Source of the DNA: a bacterium
GTDB lineage: Bacteria; Patescibacteriota; Patescibacteriia; JAHIZJ01
NCBI GenBank assembly: GCA_030699685.1
Contig: JAUYLJ010000068.1
Span: 8,947-72,946, forward strand
Reading direction: 5' to 3'
DNA length: 64,000 nucleotides
Shown here: positions 1 through 9,735 of the stretch, in pieces
How the letters are laid out: each line of letters begins with the position of its first letter
Position numbering within the stretch: the stretch's first letter is position 1
The notes under the pieces: model-generated
What the model was told of the DNA's origin: nothing
The model's input: only the letters and a program-made list of their open reading frames with translations
The model's database searches: none
Translations under genes and position numbers: made by a program

Positions 1-164
1 CAAACGGCAAGATCGCCGCGGTCAACAGCACAACAATTCAGAATTTTCTTCTTGGCGAAACTCGGCCGATTGACGTGCGTTTTACCCAGTCCGTATCTGG
101 CGGTACTCCGGAGGTTATCGTCACCGCCGACAACCTCGACCAGGGAAACTCCCTGGGCATATAA
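1..164 (+). CDS. Partial hypothetical protein (3' end only)
   Basis: Open frame from nt 3 (NGKIAAVNSTTIQNFLLGETR...) to TAA at 162-164, just upstream of rodA. Confidence 0.6.
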   Translation, partial: NGKIAAVNSTTIQNFLLGETRPIDVRFTQSVSGGTPEVIVTADNLDQGNSLGI

Positions 165-181
165 TTCCTCCGTGAGTACAT

Positions 182-1282
182 ATGAATCGTTTGCTGTATA
201 TTTTTAGGAAAACCGACTGGCTAATTTTTAGCCTGACTTTTTTGATTTTGGCGCTTGGCTTGTTGGCCATTTACAGCACGTCGTTCAGCGCGCCGGAACA
301 AGATCAGTCCGTTTTCACCAAACAAATCACTTTCATGCTGGCTGGATTTGTGTTGATGTTCCTGGTCAGCGGAATCGATTTTCGCTTATTGCGTTCCGTC
401 AGCTGGTTCCTCTACATCGGCGGGGCGCTCCTGCTCCTCCTAGTGCTGGTAATCGGAACAGAAATCCGTGGAACAACGGGCTGGATTTTTATTGGCAGCG
501 TGGGGTTTCAGCCGGTTGAATTCGTCAAGCTTCTTTTTATCGTTTTCTTAGCCAGATATTTTGCCGATCATGGACACGATTTTCGCCGGGTGCGTCCGGT
601 ACTTTTGAGCGGGTTGGGACTGGCTGCCTACTTGGGACTCGTTCTGATGCAGCCCGATTTAGGATCAGCCATCGTTTATTTTGTCCTTTGGTACGGCTTA
701 CTCTTCTTGCTTAACATCAAGCGCCGGTACCTGGTGGGAGTTTTCTTGACAGTCCTTATCTTCGCGTCAGCCAGCTGGTCTTTTGCCCTTCAAGACTATC
801 AGAAAGAAAGGATTATGACTTTTTTGAATCCCTCTCAGGACGCCCTGAAGACGGGGTATAACATTACCCAGTCAATGGTGGCGGTCGGCTCAGGCGAATT
901 TTGGGGCAGGGGGCTGGGTTTGGGTACGCAAAGCCAGCTTAATTTCCTGCCTGAACAGCAAACCGACTTTATCTATGCCGTCATAGCTGAAGAGCTTGGA
1001 TTCATTGGTGCGGCTCTTCTGCTGATACTTTTTGGGGTGCTGTTTTGGAGATTGATGAAGGTGGCGAGGGAGGCGCGCGATGATTACTCTCTTTTTCTAG
1101 CTAGCTCAGTCATCATTATGATTTATCTGCAAATGTTTATTAATATTGGCATGAACATGGGCTTGATGCCAGTCGTTGGAATTCCCTTGCCCTTTGTCAG
1201 TGCCGGCGGCAGCTCATTAATTGCTTCTCTCATTGCCATAGGGATGATCCAAAGCGTTATTATCCACCGCCCGACGTCCTGA
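182..1282 (+). CDS. rodA: Rod shape-determining protein RodA (SEDS family)
   Basis: Multi-TM protein with FQPVEFVK, QPDLGSA, LPEQQTDFIYAVIAEELG and GIPLPFVSAGGSS motifs. Confidence 0.93.
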   Translation: MNRLLYIFRKTDWLIFSLTFLILALGLLAIYSTSFSAPEQDQSVFTKQITFMLAGFVLMFLVSGIDFRLLRSVSWFLYIGGALLLLLVLVIGTEIRGTTGWIFIGSVGFQPVEFVKLLFIVFLARYFADHGHDFRRVRPVLLSGLGLAAYLGLVLMQPDLGSAIVYFVLWYGLLFLLNIKRRYLVGVFLTVLIFASASWSFALQDYQKERIMTFLNPSQDALKTGYNITQSMVAVGSGEFWGRGLGLGTQSQLNFLPEQQTDFIYAVIAEELGFIGAALLLILFGVLFWRLMKVAREARDDYSLFLASSVIIMIYLQMFINIGMNMGLMPVVGIPLPFVSAGGSSLIASLIAIGMIQSVIIHRPTS

Positions 1283-1287
1283 TATCG

Positions 1288-1315
1288 TTGACAGATTCCC
1301 AATTTTTGCTATAAT
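1288..1315 (+). promoter_or_regulatory. Sigma70-type promoter (TTGACA...TATAAT)
   Basis: Consensus -35 and -10 hexamers upstream of the Zn-ribbon/rplY unit; end coordinate approximate. Confidence 0.7.
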
Positions 1316-1347
1316 GTAGCTGAAAAGATCAGTAACCTCTATATGCT

Positions 1348-1689
1348 TTGAAGTTTGAGGAGTCATCGTTGTCCTCATCAGGGGAAAGCACTCGTTTAGT
1401 CGTCAATTGCCCCTTGTGCCAAACGCGGTATAATCCATTATCCGCCCAGATTATTGATGAAAAGGAGGACGCTCATCTTGTGCATTTGCAGTGCCGCAAA
1501 TGTAGCTCCTCAATCGTCGCCCTTGTCTTAGCGACCGGTATGGGGATCAGTTCGGTGGGCGTTTTAACCGATTTGAGCAAGGATGACGCGGAAAAATTCA
1601 AAAATTCCTCGAAAATAAACGATAATGAGCTGATTGATCTGTACAGCCACTTGCGTTCCGACGCAGATATGCTTAGATATATTCGATAA
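1348..1689 (+). CDS. Conserved hypothetical Zn-ribbon protein
   Basis: CPLC...CRKC pairs; co-oriented with rplY. Confidence 0.7.
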   Translation: MKFEESSLSSSGESTRLVVNCPLCQTRYNPLSAQIIDEKEDAHLVHLQCRKCSSSIVALVLATGMGISSVGVLTDLSKDDAEKFKNSSKINDNELIDLYSHLRSDADMLRYIR

Positions 1690-1712
1690 TTTCAGTTAAT
1701 AAGCGACACACA

Positions 1713-2426
1713 ATGGCCGATTTGAAACTGGAGGCGCAGAGCAGAAAAGTATTAGGAAAAAAAGTTGATCAACTTCGCCGCGACGGTATTATTCCGGCGG
1801 TGATTTATGGGTCAAGCGTCAAAACAGTGCCAATCCAGGTTTCGTATAAGCAATTTGAAAAACTCTACGGTGAAGCCGGTGAGTCCAGCCTTGTGGATTT
1901 GACGGTTGACGAAGGGAAGGCGGTGGCGGTGTTGATTCAGTCGGTGACGAGACACCCTTTAACGGAGAAGCTTGAGCACGTTGATTTTTATCAGGTTGAT
2001 TTGACTAAAAAGATCATTGCCGAAATTGAGCTTCGATTCGAGGGAGAAGCGCCCGCTGTCAAAGAACTGAACGGTACCCTGGTGAAAAGTTTGGATAAAA
2101 TTGAAGTAGAATGCTTGCCGCAGCAGTTAGTCCCTGAAATTATTGTAGACGTGTCTTCTTTAAAAACCTTTGACGACATGATTCACGTCAGTGATCTGAA
2201 GATTCCGGAAGAGCTTGAGCTCAAAGATAACCCTGATGAGCCGGTTGCTTCAGTTCAGCCTCCTCGAAGCGAAAAAGAGCTTGAAGAACTCGACACTGAG
2301 GTGCAAGACGATGTTGATAAAGTCGAAAAGGTTGAGGAGAAGAAAACAGACGAAGAGGCCGAGGTAGAAGCTGATCAAGAGCAAAAAGCCAAACCCGGAG
2401 AAAAAGAATCCGGAGGCAAGGAATAA
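1713..2426 (+). CDS. rplY: 50S ribosomal protein L25/Ctc
   Basis: LRRDGIIPAVIYG and HVDFYQV motifs, Ctc C-domain, acidic tail. Confidence 0.95.
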   Translation: MADLKLEAQSRKVLGKKVDQLRRDGIIPAVIYGSSVKTVPIQVSYKQFEKLYGEAGESSLVDLTVDEGKAVAVLIQSVTRHPLTEKLEHVDFYQVDLTKKIIAEIELRFEGEAPAVKELNGTLVKSLDKIEVECLPQQLVPEIIVDVSSLKTFDDMIHVSDLKIPEELELKDNPDEPVASVQPPRSEKELEELDTEVQDDVDKVEKVEEKKTDEEAEVEADQEQKAKPGEKESGGKE

Positions 2427-2444
2427 TTTTTCCCAGGAGGAACG

Positions 2445-3509
2445 ATGAAGGAACTCATTGCTAAATTACGCAAAAAACCGCTGGCACTGGCTGGTATCGT
2501 GGCTGGCGTGCTGGTGATTGCCGCTATTGTTATCGGATTTCTCGTGTTCGGCGGGGAAAAAACAGTTTCGGGCGAGGGAGCCATGGATGGAAATACCAAT
2601 GACGAGGTGCCTGGCGGATATTTGCTGTCAAGAAAGATTGACGGCGTTCATATCGCCAGAACCAGGGAAAACTTTCAGCCAGTCGCCGTGATGGTAGAAA
2701 ATCTTGTGGCTTCACGACCTCAAGCCGGCCTGGACACGGCGAGCCTTGTCTATGAAGCGTTAGCTGAGGGGGGAATCACGAGATTTATGGCCGTCTATGC
2801 TTCGGGCGATCAGATAAGCAAAATTGGTCCAGTTCGCTCGGCGCGCGATTATTACCTTGACTGGGTGAAAGAACTTAATGCCGTCTACGCTCATATCGGC
2901 GGCAGCCCCCAGGCGTTCCAGCTGATACCACAATATGATATTCTGGACCTCAACCAATTCTACAATAGCCAGTATTTCTGGCGCGATGACAAACGCTTTG
3001 CTCCGCATAATCTCTACACTTCATCTGAATTGCTGGACCGGGCGGTTCGGGACAAGGACTTCCCCGAGCAGGGTGATTTTGAGTCCTGGGTCTATGCTTC
3101 GGAAGAAGATCCCGTAGGCGAAAGCGGACAAACATTGACCATAGATTTTTCAACCTACAGCTACGAGACGAGCTACGTGTACGACCGCGAAACAAACGAG
3201 TACCAGCGTTTTCAGGCCGGGGAGCCGCATATCATGGAAAACGGGGCGGAAATCCACGCCAAAAACGTTATTGTGCAATTTGTAAAAGTGCGGATCGCCG
3301 ACGCGGAAAACCGTCTCAATCAGGAAACAATCGGCGAGGGAGAGGCGAGGGTTTATACGAACGGCCGGGAGATTACTGGCACTTGGAAAAAAGAAACTCT
3401 CGAATCCCGGACGAGATACTTCGATTCTTCCAACAATGAAATCGAGCTGAATCCCGGAAAAACCTGGGTAGCGGTAGTGCCAACTGATCGCGGAGTTACC
3501 TACGAGTAA
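2445..3509 (+). CDS. DUF3048 (YerB-like) membrane-anchored protein
   Basis: N-terminal TM; AVMVEN, RPQAGL, YEALAEGGITRF, IGPVRSARDY, APHNLY. Confidence 0.85.
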   Translation: MKELIAKLRKKPLALAGIVAGVLVIAAIVIGFLVFGGEKTVSGEGAMDGNTNDEVPGGYLLSRKIDGVHIARTRENFQPVAVMVENLVASRPQAGLDTASLVYEALAEGGITRFMAVYASGDQISKIGPVRSARDYYLDWVKELNAVYAHIGGSPQAFQLIPQYDILDLNQFYNSQYFWRDDKRFAPHNLYTSSELLDRAVRDKDFPEQGDFESWVYASEEDPVGESGQTLTIDFSTYSYETSYVYDRETNEYQRFQAGEPHIMENGAEIHAKNVIVQFVKVRIADAENRLNQETIGEGEARVYTNGREITGTWKKETLESRTRYFDSSNNEIELNPGKTWVAVVPTDRGVTYE

Positions 3510-3521
3510 TTTAGGGAACGC

Positions 3522-4682
3522 ATGTCAAAACAAAAACAAAGCGCTCCGTGGCTACTAGTAATTAAACAGCGTCCCTGGCTTTGGGGCGGAGGAGCTTTCG
3601 TGTTGCTGACGGTCGGTGTCTGGCTGGCTCTGTTAGCTATCGCTCCCGACCTGCTCAGACCCTTTTCGTGGGCGATGACCAGATCGGAAGATACTGTGGT
3701 GGAGACGCCGGAAGTGGTTCCTGTGGTTGAGGAGGATGAAGAGGAGCAAGACGGCCTGGTCCCACGGAGCATTGACGGCGTGTTAGTCGCTCAGGAAAAT
3801 TCCAATCCTTTTCCCGTGGCGATGATGATAGACAATATTCCTCCGGCCTGGCCACATAGCGGTTTGGAAGCGGCCTCGGTGCTGTACGAAACACTGGTGG
3901 AAGGCGGCGCCACTCGGATCATGGCGGTGTTTGCCGGCGGAGAAGCGGCGAAAATCGGCCCGGTCCGTTCAGCTCGTCCGTATTATCTGGAGTGGGTGTC
4001 TGAGTACGACGCGCTGTACGGTCATGTTGGCGGTTCGCCAGAAGCGCTGGGCGCTATTGACGGCATGGGGATCAAAGATTTCAGCCAGTTTTCAAATGGA
4101 CAGTATTTCTGGAGGGATCAGTCCCGCTACGCCCCCCACAACGTCTACACGAGTTCCGAGCTGATACAGCGAGCGCTGCGTGACCGGGACTTTGCCGAGG
4201 AAACGCCTCAATACGGCAGCTGGTTATTCAAAGATGACGCTCCGCTGGAAGAGCGCCCGCTCAAGGAAGAAAGCATTGAAGTGCATTTTTCGAGCGGCCA
4301 GACCTGGGTTTCCGAATACGTGTATGACCGCGTGACAAACCAATACGCCAAGTTTCACGCTGGACGGCCGCACATTGACGCTGAGACTGGCAACCAGCTG
4401 CAAACCAAGAATGTGGTGGTGATTATCATTCCGCCAATTCTAGATTATGGCGAAAAAGGCCGCTTAACTCTTGATGTTCACGGCGAAGGACGGGCCTTTA
4501 TCTTCAGGGACGGCGAGAAGATCACCGGTTCCTGGAAAAAGACCGATCGTCTCGACCGTACTCGTTTCTATGACGAAAACGGCAGCGAAGTGCTTCTCAA
4601 CCGTGGAACAAGCTGGGTATCCATCGTGCCCGAAGGCAACGACGTGATTTACACCGAGTCGGAGATGGTCGAGGGGGAATAG
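3522..4682 (+). CDS. DUF3048 (YerB-like) membrane-anchored protein, tandem paralog
   Basis: YETLVEGGATRI, IGPVRSARPYY, APHNVY. Confidence 0.85.
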   Translation: MSKQKQSAPWLLVIKQRPWLWGGGAFVLLTVGVWLALLAIAPDLLRPFSWAMTRSEDTVVETPEVVPVVEEDEEEQDGLVPRSIDGVLVAQENSNPFPVAMMIDNIPPAWPHSGLEAASVLYETLVEGGATRIMAVFAGGEAAKIGPVRSARPYYLEWVSEYDALYGHVGGSPEALGAIDGMGIKDFSQFSNGQYFWRDQSRYAPHNVYTSSELIQRALRDRDFAEETPQYGSWLFKDDAPLEERPLKEESIEVHFSSGQTWVSEYVYDRVTNQYAKFHAGRPHIDAETGNQLQTKNVVVIIIPPILDYGEKGRLTLDVHGEGRAFIFRDGEKITGSWKKTDRLDRTRFYDENGSEVLLNRGTSWVSIVPEGNDVIYTESEMVEGE

Positions 4683-5518
4683 CGCAGTTCCGCTAGGCGC
4701 TCCCGTCCGGACAGGTCGCGGGAAAACGATACAAGCCAGTCGGGCAAGATCGTCTTGCTCAATTCTTGGAATTGCCGAGTCCGGCGCGGATCGATTTCCA
4801 GCAATACGGCGGGCCTGTCCTGTCGTTGGCGGAGCTCACGGAGAAAGCGTGAAAACAGAGACAAGCCGTTTAGGCCGCCGTCAAGTGCCAGCCGGGGTTC
4901 GTGATGGATTGACTCTTCTTGATGAATTTCCTCGGGCGTGAGATAGGGAAGATTGGCCACAATCAGGTCCAGCTCTTCGCTCTTGAGGGGCGATAACAGA
5001 TCTCCCGCTACCAGCGAGCATCTGTTGAGAAGCCCAAAGCGCTGCAAATTGGTCCGCGCGACCGATAGTGCGTCCCCGGACAGGTCGACGGCCCAACCCC
5101 GGACGGACGGCCGCTCACTCAGAAGTGTGGCAATCAAGCAGCCTGATCCGGTGCCGATATCAGCGATTCTGGCAGGCGAGTGGCGACTGATGCGTTTCAA
5201 TGTCAACTCTATCAAAGCCTCAGAGTCAGGCCGGGGGATGAGGACCGATGGTGAGACCCGGAACATTCTCCCATAAAACTCTTTTTGGCCGGTCAGGTAG
5301 GCAATCGGCTCTCCCTGGATTCGACGCTGAAGCAGCTGCATAAACTCTTGCTCGCTGGCTTGATTGAGCTTGGCCTGTGGTTCCCGCCAGAGCGCCGCAC
5401 TTGATTTCTGCGTCGCGTGCCTGAGGATCAGTTCAGCGTCCAGGGTGGCACTGCTTGAATCGATCCGGTTGAGGTGATTGGCCGCGCTCTGGAAGGCTTT
5501 ACGCACCGTCAGCGGCAT
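4649..5518 (-). CDS. prmC: Release factor glutamine methyltransferase
   Basis: [29 protein letters not shown]; start chosen at the MPLT codon. Confidence 0.93.
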   Translation of the reverse strand: MPLTVRKAFQSAANHLNRIDSSSATLDAELILRHATQKSSAALWREPQAKLNQASEQEFMQLLQRRIQGEPIAYLTGQKEFYGRMFRVSPSVLIPRPDSEALIELTLKRISRHSPARIADIGTGSGCLIATLLSERPSVRGWAVDLSGDALSVARTNLQRFGLLNRCSLVAGDLLSPLKSEELDLIVANLPYLTPEEIHQEESIHHEPRLALDGGLNGLSLFSRFLRELRQRQDRPAVLLEIDPRRTRQFQELSKTILPDWLVSFSRDLSGRERLAELRYSPSTISDSV

Positions 5519-6542
5519 TGTGCAGTGCGTTAATAATCGGCTCAATGCGTCCGTCGAGAATTTCGATCAAATTCGACCAGCTTTTTTTTATCCGATGATC
5601 GGTAATTCTATCTTGGGGGAAGTTATAGGTTCGGATCTTTTCCGACCGGTCACCAGTGCCGATTTGCTTTTTTCTGTCATCGGATCGTTCTTTTCTCTGT
5701 CTTTCTTCCTCTATATCAAGCAGTCGCGAACGGAGCACCTGGAGAGCCCGTTCTCGGTTTTGGATTTGTGAACGTTCATCTTGGCATTGGACCACCAGGC
5801 CGGTCGGCTTGTGTCTGATTCTAATGGCTGAATACGTGGTATTGACGCTTTGGCCGCCGTTTCCCTGAGCAGTCGATGTTTGGATTTCCAGGTCTTCGGG
5901 TCGGATCTCGATTTCCTTTTCTTCCGCTTCCGGCAGCACGGCGACGCTGGCCGCCGAGGTGTGAACCCGTCCAGATTTTTCCGTTTCCGGTATTCGTTGT
6001 ACCCGGTGTACGCCGCTTTCGTATTTCAGCTGGCTGTAAACATTTTGACCGCGGATTTCAAAAATGATTTCCTTAAACCCGCCCAAGCCAGTCCGGTTCG
6101 CCGAGATGAGGTGCGTAGACCAGTTTTTTTCCTCAGCAAAGCGAGAATACATACGAAAAAGATCGGCCGCAAAAAGGGTGGCTTCGTCACCGCCGGTACC
6201 GGCTCGGACTTCAATGATAATGTTTTTCTGGTCTCGCGGATCCTTCGGCTGTTCCATGGCCCTCAATTGGGAACCGACGCGTTCTTTTTCCTGGCTGAGT
6301 TTGGCTGATTCAGATTCGGCCAGTGCGACCAATTCCTGATCATTGTCGCTTTGAATGGTGTCTTTCAGTTCCTGCAGCTGGTGTTCAAGCTGCCGCTGAC
6401 GTTCATACAGGTCGCGTAATTCTGTCAGCCGCGCGTACTCTTGAGACGCGCGCCGCAATTCATCAGGATGGCTGTTGATTTCCCGCGACTGCAGCTGCTT
6501 TTCCAGCGACTGAATTGCCGCCAATAGTTGGTCTTCCTTCAT
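5499..6542 (-). CDS. prfA: Peptide chain release factor 1
   Basis: [12 protein letters not shown] (PxT motif), [12 protein letters not shown]. Confidence 0.97.
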   Translation of the reverse strand: MKEDQLLAAIQSLEKQLQSREINSHPDELRRASQEYARLTELRDLYERQRQLEHQLQELKDTIQSDNDQELVALAESESAKLSQEKERVGSQLRAMEQPKDPRDQKNIIIEVRAGTGGDEATLFAADLFRMYSRFAEEKNWSTHLISANRTGLGGFKEIIFEIRGQNVYSQLKYESGVHRVQRIPETEKSGRVHTSAASVAVLPEAEEKEIEIRPEDLEIQTSTAQGNGGQSVNTTYSAIRIRHKPTGLVVQCQDERSQIQNRERALQVLRSRLLDIEEERQRKERSDDRKKQIGTGDRSEKIRTYNFPQDRITDHRIKKSWSNLIEILDGRIEPIINALHNAADGA

Positions 6543-6591
6543 TCGCGTATTGTAAACCCGCCAGCTCTTTATGAAGCTGGCGCGTGGGTGT

Positions 6592-6825
6592 TTATTTACC
6601 GCCTCGCGGCTTTTGCATCGACTGTTTCTTCTCCATCATTTTCTTGTATCGGTCGACACGCCGGGCGGTATCAAGCAGCTTTTGCTTGCCTGTGTAAAAG
6701 GGATGACAATGAGAACAAATTTCTACGCTAATCTCAGCCACAGTGGAACCAGCGGTGACCGTATTCCCGCAGGCGCAGCGGATGGCGGCTTGGGGATGGT
6801 ATTCGGGGTGAGCGTCTTTTTTCAT
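6592..6825 (-). CDS. rpmE: 50S ribosomal protein L31 (Zn-binding type)
   Basis: [25 protein letters not shown]. Confidence 0.95.
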   Translation of the reverse strand: MKKDAHPEYHPQAAIRCACGNTVTAGSTVAEISVEICSHCHPFYTGKQKLLDTARRVDRYKKMMEKKQSMQKPRGGK

Positions 6826-6856
6826 GAGTCTATTCAATCAACATAATTACAGGAAC

Positions 6857-6885
6857 AGTATACTGGCCACAGGAAGGGAAGTCAA
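6857..6885 (-). promoter_or_regulatory. rpmE-prfA promoter TTGACT-17-TATACT
   Basis: Reverse-strand hexamers with a 17-bp spacer. Confidence 0.65.
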
Positions 6886-6926
6886 TCCCATCGCGGATAA
6901 TCTTCCCTCGGGGGAAAAACCAACAT

Positions 6927-6955
6927 TTGACTCTAATAAAAAGCAATGGTATAGT
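6927..6955 (+). promoter_or_regulatory. rpsB promoter TTGACT-17-TATAGT
   Basis: Hexamers with a 17-bp spacer, divergent from the rpmE promoter. Confidence 0.7.
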
Positions 6956-6975
6956 GTGGAATGTCAGTTTAATTT

Positions 6976-7070
6976 ATCACACATACCTGGCAATGTTACT
7001 GTAAGCGGAGCTTGCCTTTTCGAGAGCCTTGTCTCGAATTTGGTCCCGCGGCAGGCCGGGTAGAGGAGTA
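6976..7070 (+). ncRNA. Putative rpsB (S2/t44-like) leader RNA
   Basis: CACAC followed by TACCTGGC pairing with GCCGGGTA, then GAGG, in the long rpsB 5' UTR. Confidence 0.5.
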
Positions 7071-7077
7071 AAGGATC

Positions 7078-7845
7078 ATGAATTCGAAAGACATCTCTCT
7101 CTTGGAGATGCTTAAAAGCGGAGTACACTTCGGCCATCAGAAGTCCCGCTGGCATCCCAAAATGAAGCAGTATATATTCACTGAACGCAATAGTGTTCAT
7201 ATTATTGATTTAGAAAAAACACGGGACAAACTGATGGAAGCCTTGGATTTCCTCAGGGAAACGGCCAGCCGCGGAGGAACGGTAGTGTTTATTGGTACGA
7301 AGAAGCAGTCCCAAAGCATCATTCTCAATCATGCTCAGGCTTCAGGCATGCCCTATATCGTCAACCGGTGGATCGGCGGATTGTTTACGAATTTTCCAGT
7401 GGTGAAAAAACTGCTGAACAAACTTTCGGAATTAAAACGCCAGCAGGAAAGCGGCGGTTGGCAGAAATATACGAAAAAAGAGCAAGTCTCTCTGAAAAAG
7501 CATTTGGACAAACTCCAAGGCCTGGTCGGCGGTCTCGAAAATCTGACGAAGATTCCCGACGCTATTTACGTGGTTGACGTGAAGAATGAAAAGACGGCAG
7601 TCGAAGAAGCCCGCCGCAAAAAAATCCCCATTGTGGCGCTGGTGGACACCAACATTGACCCTACCAAGATCACCTATCCGATACCGGCCAACGACGACGC
7701 AACAAAGTCGATAGAATACATTACCGGGAAAATAGCGGCCGCCATTATGGAAGGCAAGGATAATCCCGTACCGATTGAAGGGAAGGAAGAATCAGAAAAA
7801 ACGGTACCTGAGAAAGAAGCCGCAACCCAAAAGACAAGCTCCTAA
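7078..7845 (+). CDS. rpsB: 30S ribosomal protein S2
   Basis: GVHFGH, RWHPKM, RWIGGLFTNF, PIPANDDA. Confidence 0.98.
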   Translation: MNSKDISLLEMLKSGVHFGHQKSRWHPKMKQYIFTERNSVHIIDLEKTRDKLMEALDFLRETASRGGTVVFIGTKKQSQSIILNHAQASGMPYIVNRWIGGLFTNFPVVKKLLNKLSELKRQQESGGWQKYTKKEQVSLKKHLDKLQGLVGGLENLTKIPDAIYVVDVKNEKTAVEEARRKKIPIVALVDTNIDPTKITYPIPANDDATKSIEYITGKIAAAIMEGKDNPVPIEGKEESEKTVPEKEAATQKTSS

Positions 7846-7860
7846 ACTTTAGGATAACCC

Positions 7861-8448
7861 ATGCCAAAAATCAGCACAGAACAAATCCAAACCTTGAGAC
7901 AAAGCACGGGCGTTGGCCTCATGGATGCTAAAAAAGCCCTGGAAGAAGCCGAAGGCGACCTGGTCAAAGCCCAGGAGCTTCTAAGAAAACGAGGAGAAAA
8001 AGTCACGGCGTCCAAAGCCAACCGCGTGACCGAACAAGGCATCGTCGAATCGTATATTCACGCCAATCAGAAAGTCGGCAGCGTGGTAGTCCTGCTTTGC
8101 GAAACGGACTTTGTCGCGCGCACTCCGGAATTCCAGGAACTGGCCCATGAATTAGCCATCCAGGTGGCCGCGACCGGTGCCTGCTATGTCAGTCCCGACG
8201 AGGTTCCAGCCGAAATCGTCGAGAAGGAGAAAGAAGTGATTCGCGCCCAGGTCGATTCCTCAAAAAAACCGGCTATCCAAGAATCAATTATCAAAGGAAA
8301 ACTGGATAAGTTTTTTGCGGAGATTTGCCTGCTCAAGCAGCAATACGTGAAAGACGACTCGATGACAATCGAAGAAATGATGACCTCTCGCGTCACGAAA
8401 TTAGGTGAAAACATCCGTATCAAAGAAATAGGCTATTTTGCTATTTAA
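7861..8448 (+). CDS. tsf: Elongation factor Ts (short form)
   Basis: LRQSTGVGLMDAKKAL and CETDFVAR motifs. Confidence 0.97.
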   Translation: MPKISTEQIQTLRQSTGVGLMDAKKALEEAEGDLVKAQELLRKRGEKVTASKANRVTEQGIVESYIHANQKVGSVVVLLCETDFVARTPEFQELAHELAIQVAATGACYVSPDEVPAEIVEKEKEVIRAQVDSSKKPAIQESIIKGKLDKFFAEICLLKQQYVKDDSMTIEEMMTSRVTKLGENIRIKEIGYFAI

Positions 8449-8474
8449 GGTTTAACGCCTGAATACGAGCCTCC

Positions 8475-9320
8475 ATGGCTGACATCATCATCGTTATTAT
8501 CGCCGTTCTCTCACTGGCAGGTATCGCTTGGTTGACCTCTCGGCACTGGCAACAGCTATTGGCCTACCGCCCGGGAGCGGACAACGAACGCGTGGAACGG
8601 CGAAAACAAGATATTATCAGCCAGCGTCTTGAACGGAAGTTTACCCGGGTAAGCTTGCCGCTTGTTCGTTCTGTGCGGCCAGCGGTCTCCAAGGCGTTTG
8701 AGTGGGCGCGCCGGAGCTACCATGGGGTGCGGAATCTTGAAAATAAGTACCGTCACCTCAGCGAACAGGAGGCGGGAGAGGACCTCAAGACCGGCCCCAG
8801 TGTTCAGTACAGATTGCGCGGAGAAATTGACGAGCACATCCAAGACGAAAATTACGCCGATGCGGAGAAGAAACTCATTGAGTTGATATCACTCGACGCC
8901 GGAGATCCCGAGCATTACAGGCGATTGGGCCATTTGTACGTGGAGATGAAGGAATTTGGGCAGGCAGTTGAAACGTTTTCATACGTCCTTATTTTAGCGG
9001 CCAAGCTGAAACGTGAGCAGGAAGTGATCAGCGGTTCTGATGTCTCTGAGGAAGCGTCTGACCACATAAATCTCGGGCTGGCGTATCGTGGGTTGAGTAA
9101 ATACCCCGAGGCTTTGAAAGAAATGGAACGCGCTTGCCAACTGGAATCAAACAATCCAAGAAACCTTGATCTTTTGCTAGAGACAAGTATACTGGCACAA
9201 GATAAAATGCAAGCATGGAGCGCTTTTGATCGGCTAAAGGCGGTTAATCCGGAGAATCAAAAGCTAGCACAGTTCGAAGAGCAAATTCACGAGTTGGAAA
9301 GTAAGAGTAGGAATTTTTAA
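8475..9320 (+). CDS. Membrane-anchored TPR protein
   Basis: N-terminal TM plus TPR-like helices (YRRLGHLY, NLGLAYRGL). Confidence 0.75.
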   Translation: MADIIIVIIAVLSLAGIAWLTSRHWQQLLAYRPGADNERVERRKQDIISQRLERKFTRVSLPLVRSVRPAVSKAFEWARRSYHGVRNLENKYRHLSEQEAGEDLKTGPSVQYRLRGEIDEHIQDENYADAEKKLIELISLDAGDPEHYRRLGHLYVEMKEFGQAVETFSYVLILAAKLKREQEVISGSDVSEEASDHINLGLAYRGLSKYPEALKEMERACQLESNNPRNLDLLLETSILAQDKMQAWSAFDRLKAVNPENQKLAQFEEQIHELESKSRNF

Positions 9321-9361
9321 CATTTATTGCCGAGCTGTGATTGACCCGCCCCTTGCCAGGT

Positions 9362-9404
9362 GCTGATGTAGCTTCCCCCGGCTATGCCCGGCACAAACAG
9401 TTGG
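9362..9404 (+). pseudogene. Interrupted 5' fragment of tRNA-Thr
   Basis: GCTGATGTAGCT + 24-nt insert + CAGTTGG versus GCCGATGTAGCT-CAGCTGG of the adjacent tRNA. Confidence 0.45.
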
Positions 9405-9503
9405 CCCGCCGCTTCTGCCGATGTAGCTCAGCTGGTAGAGCAACTCCATGGTAAGGAGTAGGTCACCGGTTCAATTCCGGTCATCGGCTCCAGAAGCGGC
9501 GGG
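9405..9503. repeat. 12-bp perfect inverted repeat enclosing tRNA-Thr
   Basis: CCCGCCGCTTCT (9405-9416) / AGAAGCGGCGGG (9492-9503). Confidence 0.85.
9417..9492 (+). tRNA. tRNA-Thr(GGT)
   Basis: 76-nt cloverleaf; acceptor GCCGATG/CATCGGC, anticodon arm ACTCC-at-GGT-aa-GGAGT, GTTCAATT T-loop, encoded CCA. Confidence 0.96.
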
Positions 9504-9636
9504 GTAAATACAGCGGCATTGCACCTGCGTCACACTCAGTAAAGTAATAATAATGAAGGCAAGGTGCCGCTAGGAAAAAGGTGGTGGCGAAGCTCTCAAG
9601 CGCTTATTGAAAAAGTGATATCTTCACCCTTCTGGT

Positions 9637-9722
9637 GGGTCGGTACCCAAGCGGTCAACGGGGGCAGACTGTAAATCTGCTGGCCTCGGCCTTCGTAGGT
9701 TCGAATCCTACCCGGCCCACCA
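9637..9722 (+). tRNA. tRNA-Tyr(GTA)
   Basis: 86 nt; acceptor GGGTCGG/CCGGCCC, GCAGA-ct-GTA-aa-TCTGC, long variable arm, GTTCGAAT, ACCA. Confidence 0.97.
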
Positions 9723-9735
9723 GAGGGGTGTCTCA

